Shown: positions 10,258 through 20,378, numbered from the stretch's first letter. The stretch: DNA of 64,000 bases from an uncultured Methanosarcinales archaeon (GCA_964385185.1 CAYLOA010000001.1:12507-76506); one strand, 5' to 3'. Made by a program: numbers and translations. Notes: a model not told the origin generated them from the letters alone.

Positions 10258-10896
10258 TTACATTGGATGGTGTTGTCGTCTAAATCCTAAAAGCCATCCT
10301 AAAAACACACAGACGAGACCGACAAGAACACTATCAATGATAATACGAACGAAATAATCTCTAAAGAATTGCCAAGGATACATCCTAATCAATAGATCTT
10401 GAGAACTAAATACCCAAGTCCCACTGGAAAAAAATAAGACATGAAAAACATGAAATAAAGGAATAAATAATAATGATCCTACAATCAAAACCAACCCTGA
10501 TCCTAAAATACTCACACCACTGAGTAAAAAAAATCGTTGCAACATAGAAAAAAGAGAACTACTCATAATAATCAACACTAAAAGACTAGCAAAGAGCAAA
10601 ACCAATGCTATCCACCATGCCCAATTAAACCCTTGCATGAGGACTTTAACATCCCTTAAATGACTGATCTCCCGATCTGTATAACCAACATCTTTTCCAA
10701 ATAATACACTATCATCTGAGATATATTCCAAAAATAAAGAATGAATCTTTCCAGCACCCTCAACTCGATCATAACTCCCATGTTTCTCTAACAATCCTGT
10801 ATAGAACGACTCATCATGAAGAAGAAATTGATAATTTCCAATAAAGACAATAAAACAAAGAGAAATGACTGGGATGAGATAGGCAGCGTTCCTCAT
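10258..10896 (-). CDS. integral membrane protein, unknown function
   Basis: Several predicted TM helices. Length 212 aa. Confidence 0.55.
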   Translation of the reverse strand: MRNAAYLIPVISLCFIVFIGNYQFLLHDESFYTGLLEKHGSYDRVEGAGKIHSLFLEYISDDSVLFGKDVGYTDREISHLRDVKVLMQGFNWAWWIALVLLFASLLVLIIMSSSLFSMLQRFFLLSGVSILGSGLVLIVGSLLFIPLFHVFHVLFFSSGTWVFSSQDLLIRMYPWQFFRDYFVRIIIDSVLVGLVCVFLGWLLGFRRQHHPM

Positions 10897-10936
10897 AGAA
10901 AGAGGAACTGCCTTGATCTATTTAAAATATCCCTCC

Positions 10937-11044
10937 TCAAATCTCGGCATAGACATGGATACCACGTCTTTCCAACTCATCAGATTCCATCATATCGATG
11001 TCCTCTCCTAAAAGTATGTTTCCATATCTGTCTTCGTATATCAT
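10937..11044 (-). CDS. small acidic protein (35 aa), putative
   Basis: ATG is preceded by GAGGTGG at an RBS-appropriate spacing (5 nt). Sequence is MIYEDRYGNILLGEDIDMMESDELERRGIHVYAEI. Confidence 0.25.
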   Translation of the reverse strand: MIYEDRYGNILLGEDIDMMESDELERRGIHVYAEI

Positions 11045-11434
11045 ATGTACCACCTCACTGGTTATTATAAAGCACCCCAGATTAAATCTGAGATGCCTGG
11101 GTTGAATATTAAGGGTGGAAAGACACGGAGATGTTCTCCCACCCAAGTGAATTTTATTGTCGAAACAGTGCCACTCTTGCCGCCTTCATATAGTAAGGCT
11201 CACAATCATAGACTGGATCATGTGTTAAACGTTCCCACCTCCATTCCTCAAAAGATGTTCCGGACACAGCAACCACCTCCACTTTTTTATCACGACTAGT
11301 GATATATACAATATAGACCTAAGTACATATATAGTTAACCTTAACATTTTATATAAATTTATATATATATGCATATGTCTAAAATATAAGCACATTCGAA
11401 ACATATATATAGTAGTACGGTTCAGATTACTCCT

Positions 11435-12385
11435 GTGGGTGTTATGAGAAGAAAAGTTGTAAAGCATGGTCCAGCTACGTATATTATTTCTTTACCCTCT
11501 AAATGGGTAAAAAGATATAATATTGCTAAAGGGGATGAACTAGAATTAGAAGAAGAAGGTAAAACTATAGTCATTTCTACAGAAAGAGGGAATAAATTAG
11601 GAAAAGTAGAGGTAGACTTATCTGGATTGGATAGAACTTCTATTATCTACAAGATTAGGTCATTATACAAACTAGGATATGATGAGCTGAATCTTACTTT
11701 TGATAATCAATCAACAACACATTATAGATTAAAAGACAACAAGACAGTTGTTTCTGTTATTAATGAAGAAGTATCAAGACTCCCCGGAATGGAATTATTA
11801 CAACAAAGAACAAATAATTGCATAGTTAAATCACTCTCAGAGCTTTCATTTAGTGAATTTGATACCTTCTTAAGAAGAATATTTTTACTCTTAATGGATG
11901 CCAGCAATGACCTTGCTACAGGCATTCTTACAAATGATAAAGAATTATTAAGAACTATAGAAGAAAAACACAACAACATTACCCGGTTTATCAACTTCTG
12001 TCAAAGGTTACTGAACAAACATGGATTTCCAGATTATATTAAAACATGCTGTATGTTAAAAGTAATTTTAGTATTAGATAAAACATTAGACACCTTAAAA
12101 AATACTGCAAGGATTGCTTATAATAGTAATATGAAAGAAGGCAAAAACCTTAAAGAAACTCTATTTAATGTGAATGCAGCTATAAAATCCTATTATGAAC
12201 TATTCTATAAATTTGACAATCAAAAAGTACAACAAATCTCCCAATTAAAAGATACCATGCTAAAAAATCTTCAAAGTTGCCCAGAAAAATTATCCAAAGA
12301 AGAATTCTTGATAACAGGACATATTACCTCTATAATTGAACTAATAGCTGGTGGTATGGAAGCTAGGATTGCTTTAGAGTATTAA
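11435..12385 (+). CDS. phosphate uptake regulator-like protein (N-terminal AbrB/SpoVT DNA-binding domain fused to PhoU domain)
   Basis: N-terminus VVKHGPATYIISLPSKWVKRYNIAKGDELELEEEGKTIVIS is a swapped-hairpin AbrB/SpoVT fold signature. The long helical C-terminal part is PhoU-like. Confidence 0.65.
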   Translation: MGVMRRKVVKHGPATYIISLPSKWVKRYNIAKGDELELEEEGKTIVISTERGNKLGKVEVDLSGLDRTSIIYKIRSLYKLGYDELNLTFDNQSTTHYRLKDNKTVVSVINEEVSRLPGMELLQQRTNNCIVKSLSELSFSEFDTFLRRIFLLLMDASNDLATGILTNDKELLRTIEEKHNNITRFINFCQRLLNKHGFPDYIKTCCMLKVILVLDKTLDTLKNTARIAYNSNMKEGKNLKETLFNVNAAIKSYYELFYKFDNQKVQQISQLKDTMLKNLQSCPEKLSKEEFLITGHITSIIELIAGGMEARIALEY

Positions 12386-13788
12386 CCAAACCGATGTCCT
12401 TTTAGAATTTGAGATAAGTTTTCTACATCCGTAGCCAGTTCTGGCTCCAATTGGCTTGAAGTCCGTGCATGTATATTGCCTAACTGTTGCGCACTTACTA
12501 AAGTATGATCAAAAGTAGTACATCCATAAAATGCTTCCTGGTGAGCAACAATTTCTTCCTCAGACTGTACATTTTCTCTATTCTCCTTCTGACGTGCATG
12601 AATTATTGCAGGATTCTCTTGAAGAAGAACTGTCCTAACAAAAGTCTGATACCTTTCTCTTATTTTTTCCAAATTTCTTGGATCAGTTTGAGTTAATATT
12701 ACATCATACCCTCTTTGCATATTAGGAAAGATTTCAGCTTCATCAATACCTACCCAGTAAGAATCATGTAATTGATAGGTAAGAGAAAACTGAGAATTAT
12801 CTATTATATCAACATCACCAGATACATGAAATTTATATTGTCCTTCTATCTCACCGTCTCGCAAACCTCGAGAAGTTGTTGGACGTCCTAACTGAGTCCA
12901 AGGACATGCAGTCTGAACTCCATCAGCAGTCCAGGACTTACCTACCCCTGAAGGTCCACAAATTAACCATAAAGTAGGATCTCCTTTTTGTAATTTTGAT
13001 ACAAGAGCTTCTTTTCGTTTTTTTAATGCCGAGTCAATCTTAGAAATATATAAACCCATCTGAAAAGGCTTTGTTACATAAAATTCAGAAATATCATGAA
13101 TTCGAGCAAAATCTGCAGTATCCTTTTTCTCAGACATAAGCACCAATTCTACTAGTGGATATTTTTTATGCAAATGTTCAGCTAACACTAAACCATCATC
13201 TTCGGTATGCACTTGATTATTAACTATGGCTAAATCAATATGCTCCACTCTGGCTATTTGGAGAGCTTCGTCTATATCACCTGTACTGAAAACAGAATAA
13301 CCACTGGGTGAATATAATCTATCTAACTCAGATTCGTACTCTCTATTATGCTCAAAAACTAATATAGCTCCTTGATCCTTTATTTTTGGAGATCTTTTAC
13401 TTTGCACCCTCACTTGATAATCAATAGTACTTACTAATTTAGAATAATCTACAATGGGTTTTTCAAAATAACCCAATATGCCATTTTCCTTTGCCTCATT
13501 AGCATGCAACATTGCATCTTGAACATTAATATCCTCACCAGTAATATAAATAATAGGAATAGTCGGATCTCCTGCATGAATCCCTGCAGCTACATGTTGA
13601 CCAGTAGTATCTGGCAAATTAAGGTCTGTAATTACCAAATCAATACCACCCTTTTCAAAATGAGCAGCACCTTCCTTTCCAGTTTTTGCAGTAAGGACAT
13701 CATAATTATACTCCTTCAAAATAGCTGCAGTTGCATCTCTAAATGTAGAATTGTAGTCTATAAGTAATAGTGTTCCATTAATACTCAT
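12382..13788 (-). CDS. response regulator with tandem receiver domains (second degenerate) fused to guanylate kinase-like domain
   Basis: REC1 has LLLID, LVITDLNLPD, IIYITG and FEKP. REC2 has ILVFEHN, LAIVNNQ and VTKP, so the phospho-acceptor Asp is replaced by Asn. The guanylate-kinase domain shows GPSGVGKS, TTSRGLRDGEIEGQYKFHVS and DVILTQTD. Confidence 0.75.
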   Translation of the reverse strand: MSINGTLLLIDYNSTFRDATAAILKEYNYDVLTAKTGKEGAAHFEKGGIDLVITDLNLPDTTGQHVAAGIHAGDPTIPIIYITGEDINVQDAMLHANEAKENGILGYFEKPIVDYSKLVSTIDYQVRVQSKRSPKIKDQGAILVFEHNREYESELDRLYSPSGYSVFSTGDIDEALQIARVEHIDLAIVNNQVHTEDDGLVLAEHLHKKYPLVELVLMSEKKDTADFARIHDISEFYVTKPFQMGLYISKIDSALKKRKEALVSKLQKGDPTLWLICGPSGVGKSWTADGVQTACPWTQLGRPTTSRGLRDGEIEGQYKFHVSGDVDIIDNSQFSLTYQLHDSYWVGIDEAEIFPNMQRGYDVILTQTDPRNLEKIRERYQTFVRTVLLQENPAIIHARQKENRENVQSEEEIVAHQEAFYGCTTFDHTLVSAQQLGNIHARTSSQLEPELATDVENLSQILKGHRFG

Positions 13789-13823
13789 AAAAATAGTGTA
13801 AGTGCTTGAAATATATAAATCTA

Positions 13824-14294
13824 TTACCTAAACCAACCAACAACGGTAATAATGACTCGTCCAAAGCCTAATTTTAATTTATTTCCAAATGTAACTGCTT
13901 TGTAACTTAAATCTCCAGAACTAAGCGCTTCAGAAAGTGCATTAAAAGGATCACTTGCCTCAAAAATATCTTCCATGGTTTGTTCAGTAGTCGTCACAAT
14001 TAAAGTGGGATTTTCCAACGTTCTATCGTCAATCTCCAACACCTTACCATCTTCAGTAACAATACCAATCAAAGCTTCACTAAAATCATGTCGTGTAACC
14101 TGTAAATTGATTCGTTCATTGCCAAACAGTCCAACAACAAAACCTGGCATGGCAATAGTATTCAGAGTTTCCTTAACCGTTGAAAGATCATCTAAAGAAA
14201 CACTGCTTGCCTGAACAGGTGTCCCATCCAACTCAGGAACTTCTGCTGCAAAAACAGACATAGATAATAAAATCAATAATACGATATATTTCAT
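13824..14294 (-). CDS. secreted protein, unknown function
   Basis: I placed the start at the internal Met (MKYIVLLILLSMSVFA, a signal peptide). This removes the overlap with metG. Confidence 0.5.
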   Translation of the reverse strand: MKYIVLLILLSMSVFAAEVPELDGTPVQASSVSLDDLSTVKETLNTIAMPGFVVGLFGNERINLQVTRHDFSEALIGIVTEDGKVLEIDDRTLENPTLIVTTTEQTMEDIFEASDPFNALSEALSSGDLSYKAVTFGNKLKLGFGRVIITVVGWFR

Positions 14295-14325
14295 AAGAAT
14301 ACTGTTAACAAGGTCATATATAAAA

Positions 14326-16275
14326 CTACCTAACCTTCCAACCGTCTTCACCATTTATAGATAATTCTTCCACTTCTGACTTTAAAACTACACCATTGGC
14401 AACCACTTTATGATCTTTAACAACCAATTTTATAGTATCAAAAAATTCGTCAATAGTAATTTGATCTGTATTATTCTTTAAAGGACCCGCTTGCACAACA
14501 TCTCCTGGTTTGCTTTTTGAAGCACTCACCAGTACAATTTTCTTATCATCGGGGTCAGATGCAGCCAGTAACATTCCTTGACTTTCTTTGCCACGTAACT
14601 TTGCAAACTTAAGATTGCTCACAACTACAATATGTTTGCCAAGTAACTCATCCTTAGCGTAATGTCCTCGAACACCTGCAACAATCTGCCGTTTCTCTGC
14701 CCCTAAATCTACTTGTAGTACCATAAGTTTATCAGCATCAGGATGTTCTTCAGCACCAATTATTTTTCCTACCTTTAAATTTGCTAAAAATTTCTCTTCT
14801 TCTTTCAGTTCGATCTTAGGGAACAAAACATCAGAGGCAGTTATGGCATAATTAGCTTCCCCCCATTTCAACTTAAAAAAAGGTAATAGCTCAAAACCAA
14901 GTTGTCGTCTTATAGTATCTACACTTTGAGGAATTAAAGGATACAAATAACTGCACACAAATCGAATACCTTCTAAAACATTATACAATACTTCCTTTAA
15001 TTTTTCTTCATCTGTGATTTTCCAAGGTTCTTCTTTAGTAATATATACATTGATACTTACCAAACTCTTCCATACGATATCAATAGCACCATTCAAATCA
15101 TTACTATCGATTAAAACATCTGCTTTAGTCAACTCTTTTTGTAATTGCAATGCATCTTTCCCACTTTTACTCAAATTTCCTGCAAAACTTCTACCTACAA
15201 GAGTAGTAATTCTTTTGACCAAATTACCTAAATCATTTGCTAACTCATTATTGTACCGAGTAATCAATCCTTGTTCAGTAAAGTCTCCATCTGCTCCAAA
15301 AGGAATCTCTCGTAACAAATAGTATCGTAATGCATCTGCACCATAATCATCCACTAAAGCAATAGGATCCACAGTAGCTCCAGAACTTTTAGACATTTTC
15401 TTACCATCAAGCGTAATATACCCATGCACTAAAACACTTTCAGGAACTTTAATTCCAGCACTAAGCAACATACTCGGCCAGATAACAGAGTGAAACCAAT
15501 TAATTCCTTTCCCTATAACGTGAGCATTGGCTGGCCAGAATTTCTTAAAGGTTTCCCCATCAGGATAATCAATCCCAGACAGATAGTTGATCAAAGCATC
15601 AAACCAGACATAGATTTTATGTTTGTCATCAATCGGAACAGGGATTCCCCAATCTCGATCTACTCTTGAAACTGATATATCTTTAAGGCCATCTTGCTTT
15701 ACTCGAGCTAGAACTTCATTTCTCCAATGTTCAGGTTGTACAAATCCTTTAGTCTCTAGTAATTTAATAATTTGCTTCTCATATTTAGACATTTTAAAGA
15801 AATAACTATCTTCTTTTAGTAATTGGGGCACTTTATTATGCTCGGGACATTTTCCACCCACTAATTGTGTTTCCGTTAAAAATTCTTCACATCCAATGCA
15901 ATAAAAACCTTCATAAGTTCCTTTATAGATATCTCCTTTGTCAAAAACCTTTTTGAAAATATCTTTACTAACATCAAAATGCTTAGGAGTGGTTGTTCTA
16001 ATAAAAAAATCATTACTTAAATTAAGTTTTTTACACAATTCTTCAAAAATCTTGGAGTTATTATCCACAAACTCTTTAACCGGAATACCTACCTCTTTAG
16101 CAGCCTGTTCATTCTTCTCAGCATTCTCATCTGTTCCTGTTAAATAGAAAGTATCATCCCCCCTTTGCCTATGCCATCTAGCTAGAAAGTCTGCCAGAAT
16201 CTTTTCATATGCGTGACCAATATGAGGTCTTGAATTCACATAATCAATTGCCGTTGTGATGTAATACTTTGCCAT
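14326..16275 (-). CDS. metG: methionine--tRNA ligase with C-terminal tRNA-binding (EMAP-like) domain
   Basis: Class I HIGH motif (RPHIGHAYE), a KMSKS motif and CxxC zinc knuckles. The C-terminal OB/EMAP-like domain is GKIIGAEEHPDADKLMVLQVDLG. Length 649 aa. Confidence 0.9.
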   Translation of the reverse strand: MAKYYITTAIDYVNSRPHIGHAYEKILADFLARWHRQRGDDTFYLTGTDENAEKNEQAAKEVGIPVKEFVDNNSKIFEELCKKLNLSNDFFIRTTTPKHFDVSKDIFKKVFDKGDIYKGTYEGFYCIGCEEFLTETQLVGGKCPEHNKVPQLLKEDSYFFKMSKYEKQIIKLLETKGFVQPEHWRNEVLARVKQDGLKDISVSRVDRDWGIPVPIDDKHKIYVWFDALINYLSGIDYPDGETFKKFWPANAHVIGKGINWFHSVIWPSMLLSAGIKVPESVLVHGYITLDGKKMSKSSGATVDPIALVDDYGADALRYYLLREIPFGADGDFTEQGLITRYNNELANDLGNLVKRITTLVGRSFAGNLSKSGKDALQLQKELTKADVLIDSNDLNGAIDIVWKSLVSINVYITKEEPWKITDEEKLKEVLYNVLEGIRFVCSYLYPLIPQSVDTIRRQLGFELLPFFKLKWGEANYAITASDVLFPKIELKEEEKFLANLKVGKIIGAEEHPDADKLMVLQVDLGAEKRQIVAGVRGHYAKDELLGKHIVVVSNLKFAKLRGKESQGMLLAASDPDDKKIVLVSASKSKPGDVVQAGPLKNNTDQITIDEFFDTIKLVVKDHKVVANGVVLKSEVEELSINGEDGWKVR

Positions 16276-16312
16276 TGAAAAGAGTGACGTATCATTATAT
16301 TTAAACGTTATT

Positions 16313-16828
16313 GTGTATGCTAGAGAATATAATAAACTTTATAAGCCTAAAAACAAAAGAAAGTGTATGGTAGTCTTCATTCAATACATACTCACAGTAC
16401 TCATTGCCTATTCAGGTCTCATAGCAGGAACAATAATATCGTATGCAGCAACTGAAGAATTAAAACCAGGAAAACTTTTCTTCACAATTACAAAAAATGG
16501 ACTCATAGCATTAATCATTGCAATCATACTCACTAAATTTCATATTGCAATCCCCATAATTGCTGCATTTGCCATTTTCACCTTCCTCCATTTTTTCCCC
16601 ACAAAAATAAGATGGATCTATATCAGCTCAGCAATATTCCTAGGTCTTACTGCAAAAAACAATGCATTACTCATAATTCAAGCAATTCAAATATTTTTAC
16701 TAGGAACCATCTATGTAGCTCTAGAATACAAAGAAAAAGATTCCCTAAAAATAAACCTCAGAAGAATTGTAAAAGAAACATATCCTTTTTTAATAATAGC
16801 AATCGTATTATTTTTTCTACCGTTTTAA
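16313..16828 (+). CDS. integral membrane protein
   Basis: Four to five hydrophobic helices. Length 171 aa. Confidence 0.45.
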   Translation: MYAREYNKLYKPKNKRKCMVVFIQYILTVLIAYSGLIAGTIISYAATEELKPGKLFFTITKNGLIALIIAIILTKFHIAIPIIAAFAIFTFLHFFPTKIRWIYISSAIFLGLTAKNNALLIIQAIQIFLLGTIYVALEYKEKDSLKINLRRIVKETYPFLIIAIVLFFLPF

Positions 16829-17256
16829 ACAACATACCAGAACATACTTGCTACTGCTATTCCAAATAATACTCCTACGAGAACTTCTCTAAACGTATGA
16901 CCCACATTTTCTTGTAACTTTGTCTTAAATTTCTTATTCAAAATCTTTGCATGTTCTTCAACCTCTTGACGAACACCAATAGCATCTCGAATAACAATGA
17001 TGGAAAAAATACCTGTTACAAGAAATAAACTTGTTACACCTTGATCTAGAAAGACTGCAGTGGTTACGGCAGCTACTACAACAGCATGGGTAGAAGGCAT
17101 ACCTCCTAATTCTGTTATATTCTCAATCCAATTTCCTGACCTATTCTTCCAATCTAAAGCTACTTTCAATAATTGACCTAAGAACCAAGTTAATAACACA
17201 ACTAAAGTAATTGGATGCATAAATATAGATTTAATCAAAGTTATAGTCATATACAC
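16825..17256 (-). CDS. divergent PAP2-family membrane protein (DUF212-like)
   Basis: GMPSTHAVVVAAVTTA motif and multiple TM helices. Length about 143 aa. Confidence 0.55.
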   Translation of the reverse strand: MYMTITLIKSIFMHPITLVVLLTWFLGQLLKVALDWKNRSGNWIENITELGGMPSTHAVVVAAVTTAVFLDQGVTSLFLVTGIFSIIVIRDAIGVRQEVEEHAKILNKKFKTKLQENVGHTFREVLVGVLFGIAVASMFWYVV

Positions 17257-17329
17257 TCTCCAGAATATGGTTTAATAAATGTTTCTAAAATACCTAACCT
17301 TTATAAAACACCCAAAACACCATATTACT

Positions 17330-18241
17330 ATGAATATGAACCGTAGAGAAATGATGAGTGGTACCATAGGTGGACTAGTTGCAGCTTTACTATCAAACGG
17401 ACAAGCAGAACAGAGTCCTGAAATAGAAATTCTTGAACCAGATAGAGACAAAGTTGGAGCAGAATTTAATGCAAAACACCACCCATTCGCTTCTCCATTA
17501 CATAGCAGATACAGTTTTCTTCATACTATTCCTGCACATCCAGATAATCCATGGTATAATGGTGATAAATTTATTTCCTTTAGCAAACTTACCAAAATTA
17601 ATCCCCAAGTAAAATGGAGAATGAACGGTGATCTGTTAGACCGTCAAGATAAAGTACTATTGGGATCATTTGCATCGCCTTTGATACTGAATGGGCCTTT
17701 AAAAAATCAAGTATATCGAGCAGATGATCTCATTTTATTTCGGCCAATGCATGATGGCTCATATATCATGAGATTAAAGACAGAAACACGGGCAATCTTA
17801 TATCTACAATCTCCAAATTGTATAGACGAACAGGGAAAATCTATTGATCAATTTACTGGAGAGAAACTTCCCAACATTGATGAACGGAAGCTGACATTCA
17901 AATATGTAGATCAATTAGTTCCAGGAAAACAAACAAAGGACACAATTTTAAATCCTCATTTTAATTTAGATAGACAAAATGATCAATTTAGGGATTTCAA
18001 TTCAAGGGGACAATTCAAAATGTATCCCTCAATTACAATCAATTCCAACTTAACTTTGTCTCCAGATCTTGGACATACTACATCATTTCCAGTTCAGGAA
18101 GGAGAAAAAGGAGTTAAATTTTACTTTGCAGGTCAGGGACAATATCATTCCATTTGTGTGAACACTAACAAAGGAGTACATGAAAAAGTATGCACCTTTA
18201 ACCCATACGATAACACCTATCGAACTGATAGAAAGAAGTAG
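17330..18241 (+). CDS. secreted hypothetical protein with RR-containing signal peptide
   Basis: I set the start at MNMNRREMMSGTIGGLVAALLS, which is Tat-like. I recognise no domain. Confidence 0.5.
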   Translation: MNMNRREMMSGTIGGLVAALLSNGQAEQSPEIEILEPDRDKVGAEFNAKHHPFASPLHSRYSFLHTIPAHPDNPWYNGDKFISFSKLTKINPQVKWRMNGDLLDRQDKVLLGSFASPLILNGPLKNQVYRADDLILFRPMHDGSYIMRLKTETRAILYLQSPNCIDEQGKSIDQFTGEKLPNIDERKLTFKYVDQLVPGKQTKDTILNPHFNLDRQNDQFRDFNSRGQFKMYPSITINSNLTLSPDLGHTTSFPVQEGEKGVKFYFAGQGQYHSICVNTNKGVHEKVCTFNPYDNTYRTDRKK

Positions 18242-18279
18242 ACAACTAATTTATATACTACAAAACAATCTTCTAAAAC

Positions 18280-19755
18280 ATGTATACTATACTAGATTGC
18301 TACACAGATGAAGCTGCAGGGCTAGGAGTTCCCCCCTATTTAGGAACCTATCCCAGATATATAGCTGGCTATCTTAAAGAACAAGGAGAAGAAGTTACCT
18401 ATATCACTATAGATGATCTCAGATACTTAAAAAAATACGATTGCAATATAAAAGATCCAAAACCTTCTCAAAAAACAAACATTTTCGCATATAACTTAAC
18501 GAAAAATGCTAAAAACATAAAAACAGTCTTGAAAAACACTACAAACTTAATTGTTGTTCTCGGAATTCACGTACCTGGAAAATACCTTTCAGCTATGCCG
18601 GGAACCATACATGAAATTATCCCGATGATTGAAGACCTCAATTGTAAAAAGATCCTAACAGGACCTGCAATCTTTGGAACTCAACTCCAAGGCGGAAAAT
18701 TATTTGAAAAATATGACAAAGATATCTTTGACAAAATAGATCATTCCATGTATCGTTTCTCCTATGATAAAATAAAACAATACGCAATTGATGGGGCATC
18801 CATATTAAAACAAATTCCAGACATTCGAATGATTGAAATTGAAACAGGAAAAGGATGTGATATTGGTAAATGTTCTTTCTGTACTGAACCACTAAAAAAT
18901 AGAGTAGCATTCAGAGATACAGAAGATATCTTAAAAGAAATAAAAGAATTCTACAAATTGGGTGCAAGACATTTCAGAATAGGGAAACAAACCTGTTTCT
19001 ACACCCTCCCTAAAGCTGCTGAACTCTTAAAAGATATCCATCAAGCATGTCCTGATCTTAAAGTCCTCCATATTGACAATTGTAATCCCGTTAAAGTGTT
19101 ACAAGACCATAAAAAGAATGACGATAAAATTACCAAAGCAATCGTAAAGTATTGCACTTCAGGAAATGTAGCAGCCTTTGGAGTAGAATCGTTTGACATC
19201 AATGTAGTCCGAGCAAACACACTCAACACCAGACCTCAAGTTGCCTATGAAGCAATAAAAATAATCAACAAATACGGATCAGAGCGTGGCCCAGATGGAT
19301 TACCAAAGTATATTCCAGGTATTAACATCATTTTTGGTTTAAGAAAAGAAAATAAAACCACCCATAAAGAAAATATGACTTGGCTTAAAAAAATCTATGA
19401 TGAAGACCTCCTCTTAAGAAGAATTAACATTAGAAAAGCTGCTATCTTTGAAGGGACCTCTCTATACGAACAAGATGGTGATAAATATCTCAAGAAAAAC
19501 AAAAAATACTATTGGAAATGGAGAAATGACATCAGACAAGAGATAGATTCTCCCATGCTCAAACGTCTCACCCCTGTTGGAACCGTCTTAAAGAATTGCT
19601 ACACAGAAATCTACGACGGAAAAACAACCTTCTGTAGACAGTTTGGAACCTATCCCTTAATTGTAGGAGTAAAGAAAAGAATTCCCCTAAAACAGTTTGT
19701 CAACATCAAAATAACAGGACATATGTTAAGGAGTGTTACAGGAGAAATTGTCTAA
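18280..19755 (+). CDS. radical SAM protein, probable B12-binding-domain (class B) type, with Cx4Cx2C cluster motif
   Basis: The N-terminal region resembles a B12-binding domain (ILDCYTDEAAGLGVPPYLGTYPRYIAGYLKEQGEEV). The cluster motif is GKGCDIGKCSFCTEP. The TIM-barrel-like C-terminus is 491 aa in total. Confidence 0.6.
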   Translation: MYTILDCYTDEAAGLGVPPYLGTYPRYIAGYLKEQGEEVTYITIDDLRYLKKYDCNIKDPKPSQKTNIFAYNLTKNAKNIKTVLKNTTNLIVVLGIHVPGKYLSAMPGTIHEIIPMIEDLNCKKILTGPAIFGTQLQGGKLFEKYDKDIFDKIDHSMYRFSYDKIKQYAIDGASILKQIPDIRMIEIETGKGCDIGKCSFCTEPLKNRVAFRDTEDILKEIKEFYKLGARHFRIGKQTCFYTLPKAAELLKDIHQACPDLKVLHIDNCNPVKVLQDHKKNDDKITKAIVKYCTSGNVAAFGVESFDINVVRANTLNTRPQVAYEAIKIINKYGSERGPDGLPKYIPGINIIFGLRKENKTTHKENMTWLKKIYDEDLLLRRINIRKAAIFEGTSLYEQDGDKYLKKNKKYYWKWRNDIRQEIDSPMLKRLTPVGTVLKNCYTEIYDGKTTFCRQFGTYPLIVGVKKRIPLKQFVNIKITGHMLRSVTGEIV

Positions 19756-20279
19756 GGTATCCGATTCAAACTTCTTAACAAATAATTCTCTGCTTGGCTT
19801 ACTTTCTCTTTCTTTGCACCTTTTTTACCTGTAGTGACAGTCTTCACTTCTTTAGTAGCATCAACTTTTCCAATCTCTTCAGTATGATCTTTAATCTTTA
19901 ACTCAATAGAACTCATCTCTTCCTCAGAAAGTTGCTGAGGTTGCCATTCTAAATTTACACCATCATTTTCCCCACGAGGAAGAATACTCACCGAAAAATG
20001 TGCATGTTTCTGACCTGCAGCTACCCCATTAGTAACAATAATATTCGTCCCTTGCATACCTAAAGCTTCAAAACTAGCAGTGCTCAATTTGTTAGCAATG
20101 GAAAACAATTTCCCTACTGTGAAATCAGGAACTTGCTCAAAAATAGTAAAATGTTCTTTAGGAAAGAGTTGTATCTGGCCCACAACAGCTGGGTCTTCTG
20201 CCATAATAGCTTTAAACTCATCATCTTCATAGATAACCTCTCCTTCGCCGCTACAAAGAGCGCAATTCTTTTTTGCCAT
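19752..20279 (-). CDS. HIT-like protein (paralogue B) with degenerate histidine triad
   Basis: N-terminal CALC (CxxC) and core ...GVAAGQKHAHFSVSILPRGEND. Alignment with the neighbouring paralogue gives an H-x-H-x-S-x-S pattern. Confidence 0.6.
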   Translation of the reverse strand: MAKKNCALCSGEGEVIYEDDEFKAIMAEDPAVVGQIQLFPKEHFTIFEQVPDFTVGKLFSIANKLSTASFEALGMQGTNIIVTNGVAAGQKHAHFSVSILPRGENDGVNLEWQPQQLSEEEMSSIELKIKDHTEEIGKVDATKEVKTVTTGKKGAKKEKVSQAENYLLRSLNRIP

Positions 20280-20378
20280 GGTTGAAAATTCTACGTAAAC
20301 TCCTCCATTTTTATTCTTGAATCATTTTTTTGTATCATTTTTTTGATTTTTCAACTTTGTGGACATCAGTCCACATAT

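Noticed and set aside
10816-11299. Plus-strand ORFs 10816-11070 and 11045-11299
   Set aside because: Their translations are Pro/His-rich and low-complexity, they overlap each other, and there is no RBS. They are more likely non-coding; see the ncRNA/pseudogene finding.
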